From the IMG/VR virus record IMGVR_UViG_3300044633_000521: a stretch of 64,000 bases of DNA. The stretch is one strand, 5' to 3'. This DNA is from a virus. This document shows, in pieces, positions 39,144 to 48,076 of this stretch. Positions within the stretch are counted from its first letter, which is position 1, and each line of letters starts with the position of its first letter. The position numbers and the translations under genes are program-made. The notes beneath the pieces were generated by a model, which was given only the letters and a program-made list of their open reading frames with translations, ran no database searches and was not told the origin of the DNA.

Positions 39144-39694
39144 AAATAGCTATTACAGGACATACCGCAGGAATAGGACAAGCATTGGCTAACGTGTATG
39201 CTGCCCGCGGCCACGAGATTGTAGGGCTAAGTCGTCGTAGTGGATACAACATTAAAATACCTGCTAAGATCTTAGAGCAAGCAGCAAGCTGTGATATGTT
39301 TATCAGTAATGCTCAAGCAGGATTTGCTCAAGTTGAATTATTGTACAAACTAGCAGCGGCGTGGCAAGGGCAACGTCATAAACGCATCATGGTAATTAGT
39401 ACTGCGTCAACATTATGCCCGGTTAGTCCCCAACCCGGGCTTGGTATGGATGAATATCGCACACAAAAGGTAGCATTAGAAGAAGCTGCCAGGCAGTTAG
39501 CTTGGCAAAACATAGGTCCTAGACTTCTATTAGTTAAACCCGGTGGTGTAGCAACACAGCCGGGCGATGTTAGTCCGTGGCCGGCCGCTGATGTCAATGA
39601 ATGGGCAACTAAGTTAGTAGACTGTATTGAGTTAGTTGAACCTAATTTAGAAATTGTAGAAATAACCCTATTATCCAAGGATCCTACTAGATAA
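39140..39694 (+). CDS. Short-chain dehydrogenase/reductase
   Basis: ITGHTAGIG Rossmann motif, SNA, YRTQK (YxxxK). Confidence 0.85.
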   Translation: MKIAITGHTAGIGQALANVYAARGHEIVGLSRRSGYNIKIPAKILEQAASCDMFISNAQAGFAQVELLYKLAAAWQGQRHKRIMVISTASTLCPVSPQPGLGMDEYRTQKVALEEAARQLAWQNIGPRLLLVKPGGVATQPGDVSPWPAADVNEWATKLVDCIELVEPNLEIVEITLLSKDPTR

Positions 39695-40854
39695 TGGAAG
39701 CTAAAGAATACCTAACTAATAAACATTTTTGTCCACTGCCGTGGTCGGGGTTGGTGTATAATCCGGATGGCACAGTGGCAAATTGTACAAGAAGTAATGG
39801 CTTACTAGGTAATATTAAAGACAACACCATTGAAGAAATATTACATAGTTCGAAAAACATAGGTATCAAAGAACTAATGTTAGCAGATGAGCCTGGTCCG
39901 GACTGCTACGGTTGTTATGACAAAGAACGTGGCAAGAATAGTTTTGAAATCATTAGCGATCGTATATTCTATCTTAAAGAACTGCGAGAAGTCGATCGAA
40001 CGCTGTACACCGACCCAATAAATTACAATTTACATAAGATAGATGTACGCTGGAGTAACTTATGTAACTTTGCTTGTGTATATTGCGGGCCAGAGTTGAG
40101 CAGTAAATGGGCTACAGAATTAGATATGCCCGTCGAAAGGCCCTCGGCGGATAAGTTAGATCAACTTAAAGCCTATATATTTGAGCATGCTAGCGATCTT
40201 AAACATGTGTACCTAGCTGGCGGCGAACCGCTATTAATGAAGGAAAACTTTGAATTACTTACATTATTACGTAAAGTTAATCCCGGTGTACATCTTAGAG
40301 TTAATACTAACCTAAGTAAAGTTGATACTAGAATATTTAATTTAGTCTGTGAGTTCAAAAATGTACATTGGATAGTAAGTGTAGAAGCAATTGAGGACGA
40401 ATACGAATATATACGCTACGGCGGCGAATGGCAGACCTTTTTAGATAATCTAAAAATTATTAGTAGTTTGGATCACAAAATAACATTTAATATGTTACAC
40501 TTTGTATTAAACTATCGATCTATTTTTGATTGTGTTGACTTTTTATCAGCACAGGGGTTTCACAATAATAGTTTTGTCATATCAAATTTAACTGGCCCTT
40601 CCCAATTAGATGTTAGAAATCTACCCGATAGTGTATTAAAAGTAGTAGCAACAGCAATACAAGATCGTATTAGCCAAAATCCAAAGTTTTTACTTGAAGA
40701 TGGGCTAAAGAATATGTTACAATACATACATAAACCATTTGTAAAGAATATAGATTCTAGTTTACAATTTTTATCTCAACTAGATCAAAGAAGAAATATA
40801 AGTAGTAGGAATACATTTAAAGAATTATATAGTTTAATAGAGAGAGGCAAATAA
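39694..40854 (+). CDS. Radical SAM protein with N-terminal twitch/SPASM-like domain
   Basis: FCPLPW...C...CYGC; CNFACVYC; AGGEP; NTN. Confidence 0.9.
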   Translation: MEAKEYLTNKHFCPLPWSGLVYNPDGTVANCTRSNGLLGNIKDNTIEEILHSSKNIGIKELMLADEPGPDCYGCYDKERGKNSFEIISDRIFYLKELREVDRTLYTDPINYNLHKIDVRWSNLCNFACVYCGPELSSKWATELDMPVERPSADKLDQLKAYIFEHASDLKHVYLAGGEPLLMKENFELLTLLRKVNPGVHLRVNTNLSKVDTRIFNLVCEFKNVHWIVSVEAIEDEYEYIRYGGEWQTFLDNLKIISSLDHKITFNMLHFVLNYRSIFDCVDFLSAQGFHNNSFVISNLTGPSQLDVRNLPDSVLKVVATAIQDRISQNPKFLLEDGLKNMLQYIHKPFVKNIDSSLQFLSQLDQRRNISSRNTFKELYSLIERGK

Positions 40855-40856
40855 TC

Positions 40857-41963
40857 ATGGCAAAACCGTTTGATATTAGTAAGTTTAGAAAGAGTATTAC
40901 CAAGAGCATTGAAGGTCTGGGCATTGGCTTTAATGATCCGACTGATTGGATCTCAACAGGCAACTACACATTAAACTACCTACTCAGCGGAGACTTTAAC
41001 AAAGGCATCCCAATGGGTAAGGTAACTGTGTTTGCTGGTGAATCAGGCGCGGGTAAATCATTTATCTGTTCAGGTAATATTGTGCGCCACGCACAAGAGC
41101 AAGGCATTTATGTTATCTTAATTGATACAGAAAACGCACTTGACGAAGCATGGTTACACGCACTAGGCGTAGATACTACAGAAGACAAATTGCTAAAACT
41201 GAACATGGCTATGATTGATGATGTGGCTAAAGTTATCAGTGACTTTGTTAAAGAATATCGCACACTACCAGAAGAAGACCGCCCTAAAGTGTTGTTTGTT
41301 CTAGACTCACTTGGTATGATGCTTACTCCAACAGATGTTAACCAGTTTGAAGCAGGCGAAATGAAAGGTGACATGGGTCGTAAACCTAAAGCACTTACAG
41401 CACTTGTACGTAACTGTGTAAACATGTTTGGTACATTAAACTTGGGCTTAGTAGCAACTAACCACACATACGCTTCACAAGATATGTTTGACCCAGATGA
41501 TAAAATTTCAGGTGGTCAAGGTTTTATCTACGCATCAAGTATTGTAGTTGCTATGCGTAAACTTAAACTTAAAACAGACGCTGATGGTAATAAGACTACA
41601 ACTGTTAACGGTATCCGTGCTGCTTGTAAGATTATGAAAACACGTTATGCTAAACCGTTTGAGTCGGTACAAGTAGAAATTCCATATGAAACTGGTATGA
41701 GTCCTTACTCAGGTATGGTAGATATGCTAGAAGCTAAGAACTTGCTTAAGAAAGAAGGCAACAGCTTAGTCTATACACTATCAGATGGTGTTGTTATTAA
41801 AAAGTTCCGTAAAGCATGGGAACGTAATGAAGATGAGTGTCTAGACAAAGTAATGGCAGAAATTTCAGCTAATGTTAACCCTTTGCTAAGTACTGAAGCT
41901 GTTGAAGCCTCAGATGAGGACTTAAGTGAAAACGTAGCACCAGAACAAGGAACAGAAGAATGA
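40857..41963 (+). CDS. uvsX: RecA-like recombinase UvsX
   Basis: Walker A GESGAGKS, IDTENA, VLDSLG, NHTY, SGGQG..YASS. Confidence 0.95.
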   Translation: MAKPFDISKFRKSITKSIEGLGIGFNDPTDWISTGNYTLNYLLSGDFNKGIPMGKVTVFAGESGAGKSFICSGNIVRHAQEQGIYVILIDTENALDEAWLHALGVDTTEDKLLKLNMAMIDDVAKVISDFVKEYRTLPEEDRPKVLFVLDSLGMMLTPTDVNQFEAGEMKGDMGRKPKALTALVRNCVNMFGTLNLGLVATNHTYASQDMFDPDDKISGGQGFIYASSIVVAMRKLKLKTDADGNKTTTVNGIRAACKIMKTRYAKPFESVQVEIPYETGMSPYSGMVDMLEAKNLLKKEGNSLVYTLSDGVVIKKFRKAWERNEDECLDKVMAEISANVNPLLSTEAVEASDEDLSENVAPEQGTEE

Positions 41964-42202
41964 GCTTAGAAGTAGATATCTTAGGCGAAATGTGGTTAAC
42001 GACAAAAGAGTATATTAATTCTAAAGATCGTCAAGCAGCCGCAGACCATGTGATCAGTGTAGTAGCTGATCACAGCATCACAGAAGCAGACCTTAAAAAG
42101 TTTGGTGGCACAGATGCATACCTTAAACGTGCTGTTGAAGAATATTTAGGTGAAGATGACGCAGCTGAATATGATGACGACGATGGAAGTGACGACTATT
42201 AA
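41960..42202 (+). CDS. Hypothetical protein
   Basis: Coupled ORF between uvsX and uvsY. Confidence 0.7.
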   Translation: MSLEVDILGEMWLTTKEYINSKDRQAAADHVISVVADHSITEADLKKFGGTDAYLKRAVEEYLGEDDAAEYDDDDGSDDY

Positions 42203-42657
42203 TGTGGTATAACCGAGTAGTTCAGAATATTGCCAATCTCCCCGACTTTATAGATTACTACACTAATGAATTAGCTGTAGCTAAAAAAGAAGTTGGAGTG
42301 TACGGTAATATTGAAAAGAACTTAGCCGCACTACCAGGCATTACTGAGCAACGCTTTAATCAACTACAAGAGATTGAAGCTGTGCTTAATCTTCTTAACA
42401 TTCGCTTAAGAAAAATCCGCAAGGAACACTTTAAAAAATACCTAGAAGCATACGCACGTGCGTTAACCTCACGTGATGCTGAAAAGTATGTAGACGGTGA
42501 AGATGAAGTCATTGATATGGAAACTATCATCAATGAAGTGGCCTTACTACGTAACAAATGGCTAGGTATTATGAAAGGCCTAGAAAGTAAGAACTTTATG
42601 TTAGGTCACGTAACCCGTTTGCGTACCGCCGGTATGGAAGATGCCTCAATCAATTAA
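42202..42657 (+). CDS. uvsY: Recombination mediator UvsY-like
   Basis: Helical protein with KKYLE.Y...DAEKYVDGE motif, next to uvsX. Confidence 0.7.
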   Translation: MWYNRVVQNIANLPDFIDYYTNELAVAKKEVGVYGNIEKNLAALPGITEQRFNQLQEIEAVLNLLNIRLRKIRKEHFKKYLEAYARALTSRDAEKYVDGEDEVIDMETIINEVALLRNKWLGIMKGLESKNFMLGHVTRLRTAGMEDASIN

Positions 42658-42910
42658 CGAACTCTTAGAAGAGTGGGAACAAATAAAACAATTAGGTTGC
42701 CCGACTGCTGTTGATATTATAGATGTAAGTGGATATGCCCATGCTAAAAATCAAGTTGATATACTAGCACAAGAGATACGCAATAGCAGATTACTCAATG
42801 ATCAATCTAAAGAACTACGCAGTACTGCTAAATTTATAGAGGCTTATTGTGATTTTAGTAGAGATTTCTTATTTAGGACCCTAAAAAATGACCGAAAGAC
42901 ACAGTCTTAA
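42641..42910 (+). CDS. Hypothetical protein
   Basis: Overlapping ORF in the operon. Confidence 0.5.
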   Translation: MPQSINELLEEWEQIKQLGCPTAVDIIDVSGYAHAKNQVDILAQEIRNSRLLNDQSKELRSTAKFIEAYCDFSRDFLFRTLKNDRKTQS

Positions 42911-43790
42911 AATATTAAATCAGCTATACGAGTACGATAGTTTCCTAGACAGTATTCATACGATTGCCGACATGGGCTGTGGTTCAGGCGAAGATACTCT
43001 ATGGTGGGCAACTTTAACTACCCGTGACGACCCTCCACAACCTCATAATTACACAGTCTATGCCGTGGATCGAGACCCTGGAAAGTTAGCGCAGGTGCCC
43101 GACCTTCCAAACATTGTTAAACGAGAAAAAGATTTTACAGAGCTATGTCTGCCCATTAAAGTTGATTTTATGTGGGCACACGATAGCCTACAGTATGCCA
43201 CTAACCCATTAGACACATTGCGATTATGGAATAGTATGCTAAATGTAAACGGTATGTTGGTTATTTGTGTGCCTCAGCATAGCGGAGTTGCTGACAACAA
43301 GTACTACAGTAGATCGCACAGCGGGTGCTTCTATCATTATACACCCGTTAACCTATTGTACATGTTAGCAGTTAATGGATTTGACTGTCGTGATGCTTAT
43401 CTATTAAAACAATTTAATGATTCTTGGCTACACATAGCAGTATATAAATCCTCAGTGGCTCCGATGGATCCAAAAACAACCACATGGTATGATCTAGTAG
43501 ACAGCGGCCTACTGCACACTACCTTAGTTAACAGTATTAACAGTTACGGTCATCTCAGACAAGAGGACATATTGTACCCGTGGCTAGATCGCGAAAACTA
43601 TTTTGTTGACTATGTTAGCCAATGGACAGAAATTCCTGAAGAAGCAGGTGAACCGTCAATTACTGGGGTATTTAATACTAGCGAAGAATCTAACATCTCA
43701 ATTATTAAACAAGCAAAAGAAACTACAATCGGCACTAAAATAGCCAAACCAATTGGCGTTATGCGCCCTCCAAAGAAAAAATATGATTAA
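42888..43790 (+). CDS. Class I SAM-dependent methyltransferase
   Basis: IADMGCGSG, AVD, HDSLQY..NP...L..NGML. Confidence 0.85.
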   Translation: MTERHSLKILNQLYEYDSFLDSIHTIADMGCGSGEDTLWWATLTTRDDPPQPHNYTVYAVDRDPGKLAQVPDLPNIVKREKDFTELCLPIKVDFMWAHDSLQYATNPLDTLRLWNSMLNVNGMLVICVPQHSGVADNKYYSRSHSGCFYHYTPVNLLYMLAVNGFDCRDAYLLKQFNDSWLHIAVYKSSVAPMDPKTTTWYDLVDSGLLHTTLVNSINSYGHLRQEDILYPWLDRENYFVDYVSQWTEIPEEAGEPSITGVFNTSEESNISIIKQAKETTIGTKIAKPIGVMRPPKKKYD

Positions 43791-44544
43791 TCGAGTTGTA
43801 CTAGTTACTGGAGGATTTGACCCACTTCACAGCGGGCACATAGAATACTTCAAAGCTGCTCGAGCACTTGGCAACATACTGGTTGTTGGCATTAATAGCG
43901 ATGCGTGGCTAGAACGTAAGAAAGGTCGTGCGTTTATGCCCGGCACAGAACGTATTGCTATTATACAGAACCTAAAGATGGTTGATCATTGTATATTGTT
44001 TAACGATGACGACGGCAGTGCTGTGGAAGCAATTAATAATGTTAAGATGCTGTATCCTAATAGTCACATTGTATTTGCCAATGGCGGCGACCGTACTGCT
44101 AAGAACATTCCGGAAATGAAGTGTAAAGATGTTGAGTTTGTCTTCGGGATCGGTGGAGCAAACAAGCTCAACAGTAGCAGCTGGATTTTAGAGGAGTGGA
44201 AAGCGCCTAAAACCATTCGATCTTGGGGCTATTATCGTGTATTACACGACGTTTCTGGCACCAAAGTGAAGGAATTAACCATCGACCCAGGTAAGAGCTT
44301 ATCAATGCAACGTCATATGTTTCGTAGTGAGGATTGGTTAGTTACTGAAGGCAAGTGCGCAGTACGTCAATTTGAAAGAGTATCGGGGCAGATAATCGAA
44401 CAACAATTTAGTAGACACCAACGAGTCCACATAACTATTGAATCATGGCATCAACTAAGCAATCCGTTTGCTGAACCTTGCCGCATAGTGGAACTACAAT
44501 ATGGCGCACGTTGTTCGGAGAATGACATTGAACGAAAAGAATAA
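43783..44544 (+). CDS. Cytidylyltransferase-like domain fused to a mannose-6-P isomerase-type cupin
   Basis: TGGFDPLHSGH (HxGH), ANGGDR, NSSS; then RSWGYYRVL...SLSMQRH..RSE.W...WHQLSNP...ELQYG..C.E.DIER. Confidence 0.85.
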   Translation: MINRVVLVTGGFDPLHSGHIEYFKAARALGNILVVGINSDAWLERKKGRAFMPGTERIAIIQNLKMVDHCILFNDDDGSAVEAINNVKMLYPNSHIVFANGGDRTAKNIPEMKCKDVEFVFGIGGANKLNSSSWILEEWKAPKTIRSWGYYRVLHDVSGTKVKELTIDPGKSLSMQRHMFRSEDWLVTEGKCAVRQFERVSGQIIEQQFSRHQRVHITIESWHQLSNPFAEPCRIVELQYGARCSENDIERKE

Positions 44545-44554
44545 ATACAATACT

Positions 44555-45670
44555 ATGAAAATATTTGAAGTTGTACAAAAAATAGCAGAGGGTGGCGGTA
44601 CTGGACCTGTTCGTTATAACAGCGAAGTTGGTCTGCTATTTGGCCTTATAGGACAGGGTCAATTTGACCCACAAAATCCAGAAGCAAGTATACCTGCGGC
44701 TAGATTGGCAAATCCTGTACAGACCTACAATGATATTAAAAAACTTTTAATTCCTAACTTTGACCCTAAGATTTTTACACAATGGGCAAGCCTTGCGCAA
44801 CAAATTATGCCCAAAATTAAAGCCAAATCTGGCGGCCTGCCTACTAAACTAGGTTGGGCAGGCGGCGCCAACATTGCGGGCGGCGTCGCTGATATTAGCT
44901 TTGCGCAAAGTACTACATTAGGTATTAGTATTAAAGCGGAAGGCGGTATTACGCTGGCTAATCTAACACCTAAGAAATTAGGTATTGCTACTGCTAAGGG
45001 CGTAGATGTATTCAAATTCCACGCAGAACAAGAATACAATACTATGAAGCAGGCAGTATTTGCTGATGTTATTGCTGAAGCCAAAGCAAGCCCAGATCAA
45101 GAAATTATTCCTATTAGTCGCTACAGTATTAAATTTAATAGCTCACGCGGTGAGTTTGAGATTGTATACAAAAAAGGAAAATCATTAGTTTCAACCAGTG
45201 TAAGCGAAGAATTTATTTTAAATAACATCGGTAAGAACTCGACATGGCAACGTGTATTTGGTGATTGGTTCCAAAAAAACTGGCAAACAAAGAAAAGCTA
45301 CGCTACTCCATTATATTCTAAGATTGCCAAGGCATTTGAATTAATAATTGAAAACCATCTACGAGAAAGCGGTGAATTAACGCAGATGCTACGTTTTGGG
45401 GCAGAACCTTACTATTATCTTACTCCACAAAATTTGTACTATGTTCCAACTATCGATCAAGTAGCACAGCTAACTATCAAACGTTTACGCTATGCTGAGC
45501 CAGATGGTACTAGTCAACGCTTTATTGCTGAGATTGGTCGCCCAGACAGTAAAGAAAACGCAGAGTTGGACATATACGTGCGCTATGCTAATGGTATGTT
45601 TGCTTGTAATCCTACGGTACGTATTCAAAGTTTAAAAAATCCACAGTTTATCAGCTGGGAACTATTGTAA
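44555..45670 (+). CDS. Hypothetical protein, possible PD-(D/E)XK-like nuclease
   Basis: TAAATA upstream gives start MKIFEVV; ADISF...GISIK motif; adjacent to a DNA methyltransferase. Confidence 0.5.
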   Translation: MKIFEVVQKIAEGGGTGPVRYNSEVGLLFGLIGQGQFDPQNPEASIPAARLANPVQTYNDIKKLLIPNFDPKIFTQWASLAQQIMPKIKAKSGGLPTKLGWAGGANIAGGVADISFAQSTTLGISIKAEGGITLANLTPKKLGIATAKGVDVFKFHAEQEYNTMKQAVFADVIAEAKASPDQEIIPISRYSIKFNSSRGEFEIVYKKGKSLVSTSVSEEFILNNIGKNSTWQRVFGDWFQKNWQTKKSYATPLYSKIAKAFELIIENHLRESGELTQMLRFGAEPYYYLTPQNLYYVPTIDQVAQLTIKRLRYAEPDGTSQRFIAEIGRPDSKENAELDIYVRYANGMFACNPTVRIQSLKNPQFISWELL

Positions 45671-45698
45671 TTTAATTCAACTGACTGTATAATACAGT

Positions 45699-46640
45699 AT
45701 GACTCTCAAACCTGTTAACGCACATCTAGATAGTGTTACCATCAGTGATATTGAACTTCACAAATTAATCACGACTGCTGAACTAGATAAAGATCTAAAG
45801 AATCTAGACAAGTTTGATGCTGACACCAACGCCAATAACTTTGCTGGCAATCCGTTCCTATACCACTTTCAATTTAAGAATCTACTTAAATGTCGCAGAC
45901 AAGATGGCAAAACAATCTACGACATTGCTAACGATTCAACAGAATGGGCTAAGTTAATAGACAGCACACGCAAACGTAATCGTGGCGGTCGCACAGCGGC
46001 AGGTAATGTGTTTGAATGTTTCCGTATTAACTTAGGCAGTATTGTTATGTTCAAAGCAACTACTGCCAAATACCTATATAAGAAGTATCGAGCAAAGAGT
46101 GTACTAGATCCTACAGCAGGATGGGGCGGACGTATGTTAGGTGCTTGGAGTTTGGGCATCGACTATACAGGCATAGACACTAACATAGAAATGAAACCTG
46201 CTTATGAAAGCATGATCACATTCTTAGATGAGTATACAGGATTTAAGAATAAAAACTTTAAAGTCGAACGTGCTGGACTGCGTCAAATGATATGGGATAG
46301 CTGTTTAGCAGTAGACTTTAGTAAATTAGACTATGACTTTGTACTTACTAGCCCGCCGTATATCAACTTAGAGATATACGAGCACATGGAATTATGGGAC
46401 AGTGACACTGCGTTCTATAAAGAGTTCTTTATACCCTTGTGGCAGAAATGTGTAGATAATATCAAGCAAGGCGGGCATGTTTGTTTTAACATTAGTCCTA
46501 AGATGTACGAAGACGCTGTAAAGAATGGACTTACACCTTGCGATGAAGAAGAGGATCTATTACAGCAAATGGGTCAGAAGAAAGAGTTGCTGACCACAGG
46601 TAAAAAGAAACATGATAAGATTTACATCTGGCACTGTTAA
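45699..46640 (+). CDS. DNA amino-methyltransferase (N4-C/N6-A)
   Basis: SAM-binding VLDPTAGWGGR and catalytic TSPPY. Confidence 0.85.
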   Translation: MTLKPVNAHLDSVTISDIELHKLITTAELDKDLKNLDKFDADTNANNFAGNPFLYHFQFKNLLKCRRQDGKTIYDIANDSTEWAKLIDSTRKRNRGGRTAAGNVFECFRINLGSIVMFKATTAKYLYKKYRAKSVLDPTAGWGGRMLGAWSLGIDYTGIDTNIEMKPAYESMITFLDEYTGFKNKNFKVERAGLRQMIWDSCLAVDFSKLDYDFVLTSPPYINLEIYEHMELWDSDTAFYKEFFIPLWQKCVDNIKQGGHVCFNISPKMYEDAVKNGLTPCDEEEDLLQQMGQKKELLTTGKKKHDKIYIWHC

Positions 46641-46645
46641 AATGA

Positions 46646-46674
46646 TTGACACTGATCAATAAAGGTGTTATAAT
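46646..46674 (+). promoter_or_regulatory. Sigma70-type promoter
   Basis: Perfect TTGACA-17 bp-TATAAT. Confidence 0.85.
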
Positions 46675-46705
46675 AGTTTTTTAAATGATAATTTAGGACA
46701 ATAAA

Positions 46706-46948
46706 ATGGCCGCAACAAAAAGTTCAGTAGAGGTTTATAATATCGACGATGCGCTAGCAGTATTTGATAATAATCAATTTAAGTTAATACTTGCGGCTGC
46801 TATACGTGCTCGTGAAATTGCTACTGCTCGTACTATAGCCGAACGTGCTGGCTCTAAAGTTAAATATGCTAATCGTGCCAATGTATCTGCAATTATTGAA
46901 TTTGCTGAAGGTAAGATTGGTAAAGAGTATCTAGACAAGGTACGATAA
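46706..46948 (+). CDS. rpoZ: RNA polymerase omega subunit homologue
   Basis: IDDALAVFDNNQFKLILAAAIRAREI...VSAIIEFAEGKI matches omega motifs (N.F.L.L.AA.RAR; A..E...G.I). Confidence 0.75.
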   Translation: MAATKSSVEVYNIDDALAVFDNNQFKLILAAAIRAREIATARTIAERAGSKVKYANRANVSAIIEFAEGKIGKEYLDKVR

Positions 46949-46954
46949 GAATTT

Positions 46955-47033
46955 GGGCCCGAAGCTTAAACCTGGTATAAGCACTCGGCTCATAACCGAA
47001 AGACAGTGAGTTCAAATCTCACCAGGCCCACCA
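46955..47033 (+). tRNA. tRNA with CAT anticodon (Ile2 or elongator Met)
   Basis: Cloverleaf; loop CTCATAA; T-arm GTGAG-TTCAAAT-CTCAC; CCA encoded. Confidence 0.85.
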
Positions 47034-47047
47034 AATAAAGGACAAGT

Positions 47048-47221
47048 ATGACAAACGAAGAATATGAACAAGCAATGAAAGAGTTTTTAGCCACCGGCGG
47101 AGAAATCAAACAAATCGCTCGCGGTGTACAAAGTGAAACAGCAACAACTAACTTCTGGGGCGCACCTAAAAAGAAACCAAAAGAAGTTGAAGTAATACCA
47201 GGGACAGATTTAGAAGTATAA
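47048..47221 (+). CDS. 57-aa SutA-like RNAP-binding peptide (not in the ORF track)
   Basis: AAAGGA Shine-Dalgarno; MTNEEYEQAMKEFLATGGEIKQIARGVQSE...; the AMxEFLxxGGxIxxI core resembles the Pseudomonas SutA domain as I recall it. Confidence 0.6.
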   Translation: MTNEEYEQAMKEFLATGGEIKQIARGVQSETATTNFWGAPKKKPKEVEVIPGTDLEV

Positions 47222-47251
47222 ATAAAAGATATAAATAAATTAACAAACAGG

Positions 47252-47280
47252 TTGACAGGCTAATAAATAGACTGTATAAT
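47252..47280 (+). promoter_or_regulatory. Sigma70-type promoter of the tRNA operon
   Basis: Perfect TTGACA-17 bp-TATAAT with an AT-rich UP region. Confidence 0.9.
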
Positions 47281-47323
47281 AGTTGTTATAGTAAGAAATT
47301 AATTAAAGGAATGCGAAAGCAAA

Positions 47324-47455
47324 ATGTTTAACCAGCTACATCAATTTAATATATCAAAACAAGTGTGCGCACTTGCCACGATGTCTTATTGGTCAGCGAT
47401 TGAGACATTAGGCAATGATCGCACACCGAATAGTATCTATGGGGATCTTAATTAG
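47324..47455 (+). CDS. 43-aa leader peptide of a putative attenuator (not in the ORF track)
   Basis: MFNQLHQFNISKQVCALATMSYWSAIETLGNDRTPNSIYGDLN*; AAAGGA Shine-Dalgarno brought close to the ATG by a TGC-GAAA-GCA mini-hairpin. Confidence 0.6.
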   Translation: MFNQLHQFNISKQVCALATMSYWSAIETLGNDRTPNSIYGDLN

Positions 47456-47494
47456 AGTTTATATATAATATAAGTTAATTTTAATTAAGAACCC
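47442..47494 (+). promoter_or_regulatory. Putative antiterminator stem
   Basis: GGGATCTTAATTAGAGT (47442-58) pairs with ATTTTAATTAAGAACCC (47478-94), overlapping the terminator 5' arm. Confidence 0.65.
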
Positions 47495-47525
47495 TAAGAT
47501 CGAAAGACTTAGGGTTTTTTGTTTT
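47490..47525 (+). terminator. Intrinsic terminator upstream of the tRNA operon
   Basis: AACCCTAAG-a-TC-GAAA-GA-CTTAGGGTT followed by TTTTGTTTT. Confidence 0.85.
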
Positions 47526-47716
47526 ATGTGTCTCGGAAACGAGGTCCAACAAGGCACATTAAAGATAGTTTGTAAACGGGCGGACAAGTGGATGGCATGT
47601 TCTTATGTGAACAGAAAATACTTGTTATAATAAAGTACACTGCGTCAAGAGCAAAGCGTCTTCTGATTTCAAGGGTCAACCAGTGTATTTTATTATACGC
47701 TTTCATATGAGAGCGT
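47526..47716 (+). ncRNA. Unassigned multi-stem RNA leader before tRNA-Tyr
   Basis: Stems ATGTGT/GCACAT enclosing CTCG-GAAA-CGAG; ACAAGTG/TACTTGT; 17-bp TATAATAAAGTACACTG/CAGTGTATTTTATTATA; ACGCTTTCA/TGAGAGCGT. Confidence 0.5.
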
Positions 47717-47719
47717 CGA

Positions 47720-47803
47720 GGAGTGGAAGCATCAACGGTGATGCAGTGGACTGTAAATCCGCCGCCTATGGCACGCCTGGTTCGATCCCAGGACACTCCA
47801 CCA
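47720..47803 (+). tRNA. tRNA-Tyr(GTA)
   Basis: Loop CTGTAAA, long variable arm, CCA. Confidence 0.92.
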
Positions 47804-47808
47804 GTAAT

Positions 47809-47885
47809 GCGGTGTTAGCTCAGTTGGTTAGAGCGCCAGCCTGTCACGTTGGAGGCCGTGGGTTCGAGCCCCATACACCGCGCCA
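47809..47885 (+). tRNA. tRNA-Asp(GTC)
   Basis: Canonical cloverleaf, loop CTGTCAC, G73, CCA. Confidence 0.95.
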
Positions 47886-47893
47886 AAGTTTCT

Positions 47894-47970
47894 CTGCCCA
47901 TAGCTCAGCTGGATAGAGCACAAAGCTTCTACCTTTGGTGTCGGGAGTTCGAATCTCTCTGGGCAGGCCA
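47894..47970 (+). tRNA. tRNA-Arg(TCT)
   Basis: CAAAG-CTTCTAC-CTTTG anticodon arm, CCA. Confidence 0.95.
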
Positions 47971-47995
47971 GTTTTAAATCCTTTAGTAGTTTTTT

Positions 47996-48071
47996 TGGCA
48001 TATAGCTCAGTTGGTAGAGCAGCGGACTGTTAATCCGCGTGTCCCTGGTTCGAGCCCAGGTTTGCCAGCCA
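47996..48071 (+). tRNA. tRNA-Asn(GTT)
   Basis: GCGGA-CTGTTAA-TCCGC, CCA. Confidence 0.95.
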
Positions 48072-48076
48072 AATAT

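Noticed and set aside
31603-41963. Introns or inteins in terminase, gp32 or uvsX
   Set aside because: The ORFs are continuous and of normal length, with no intein motifs.
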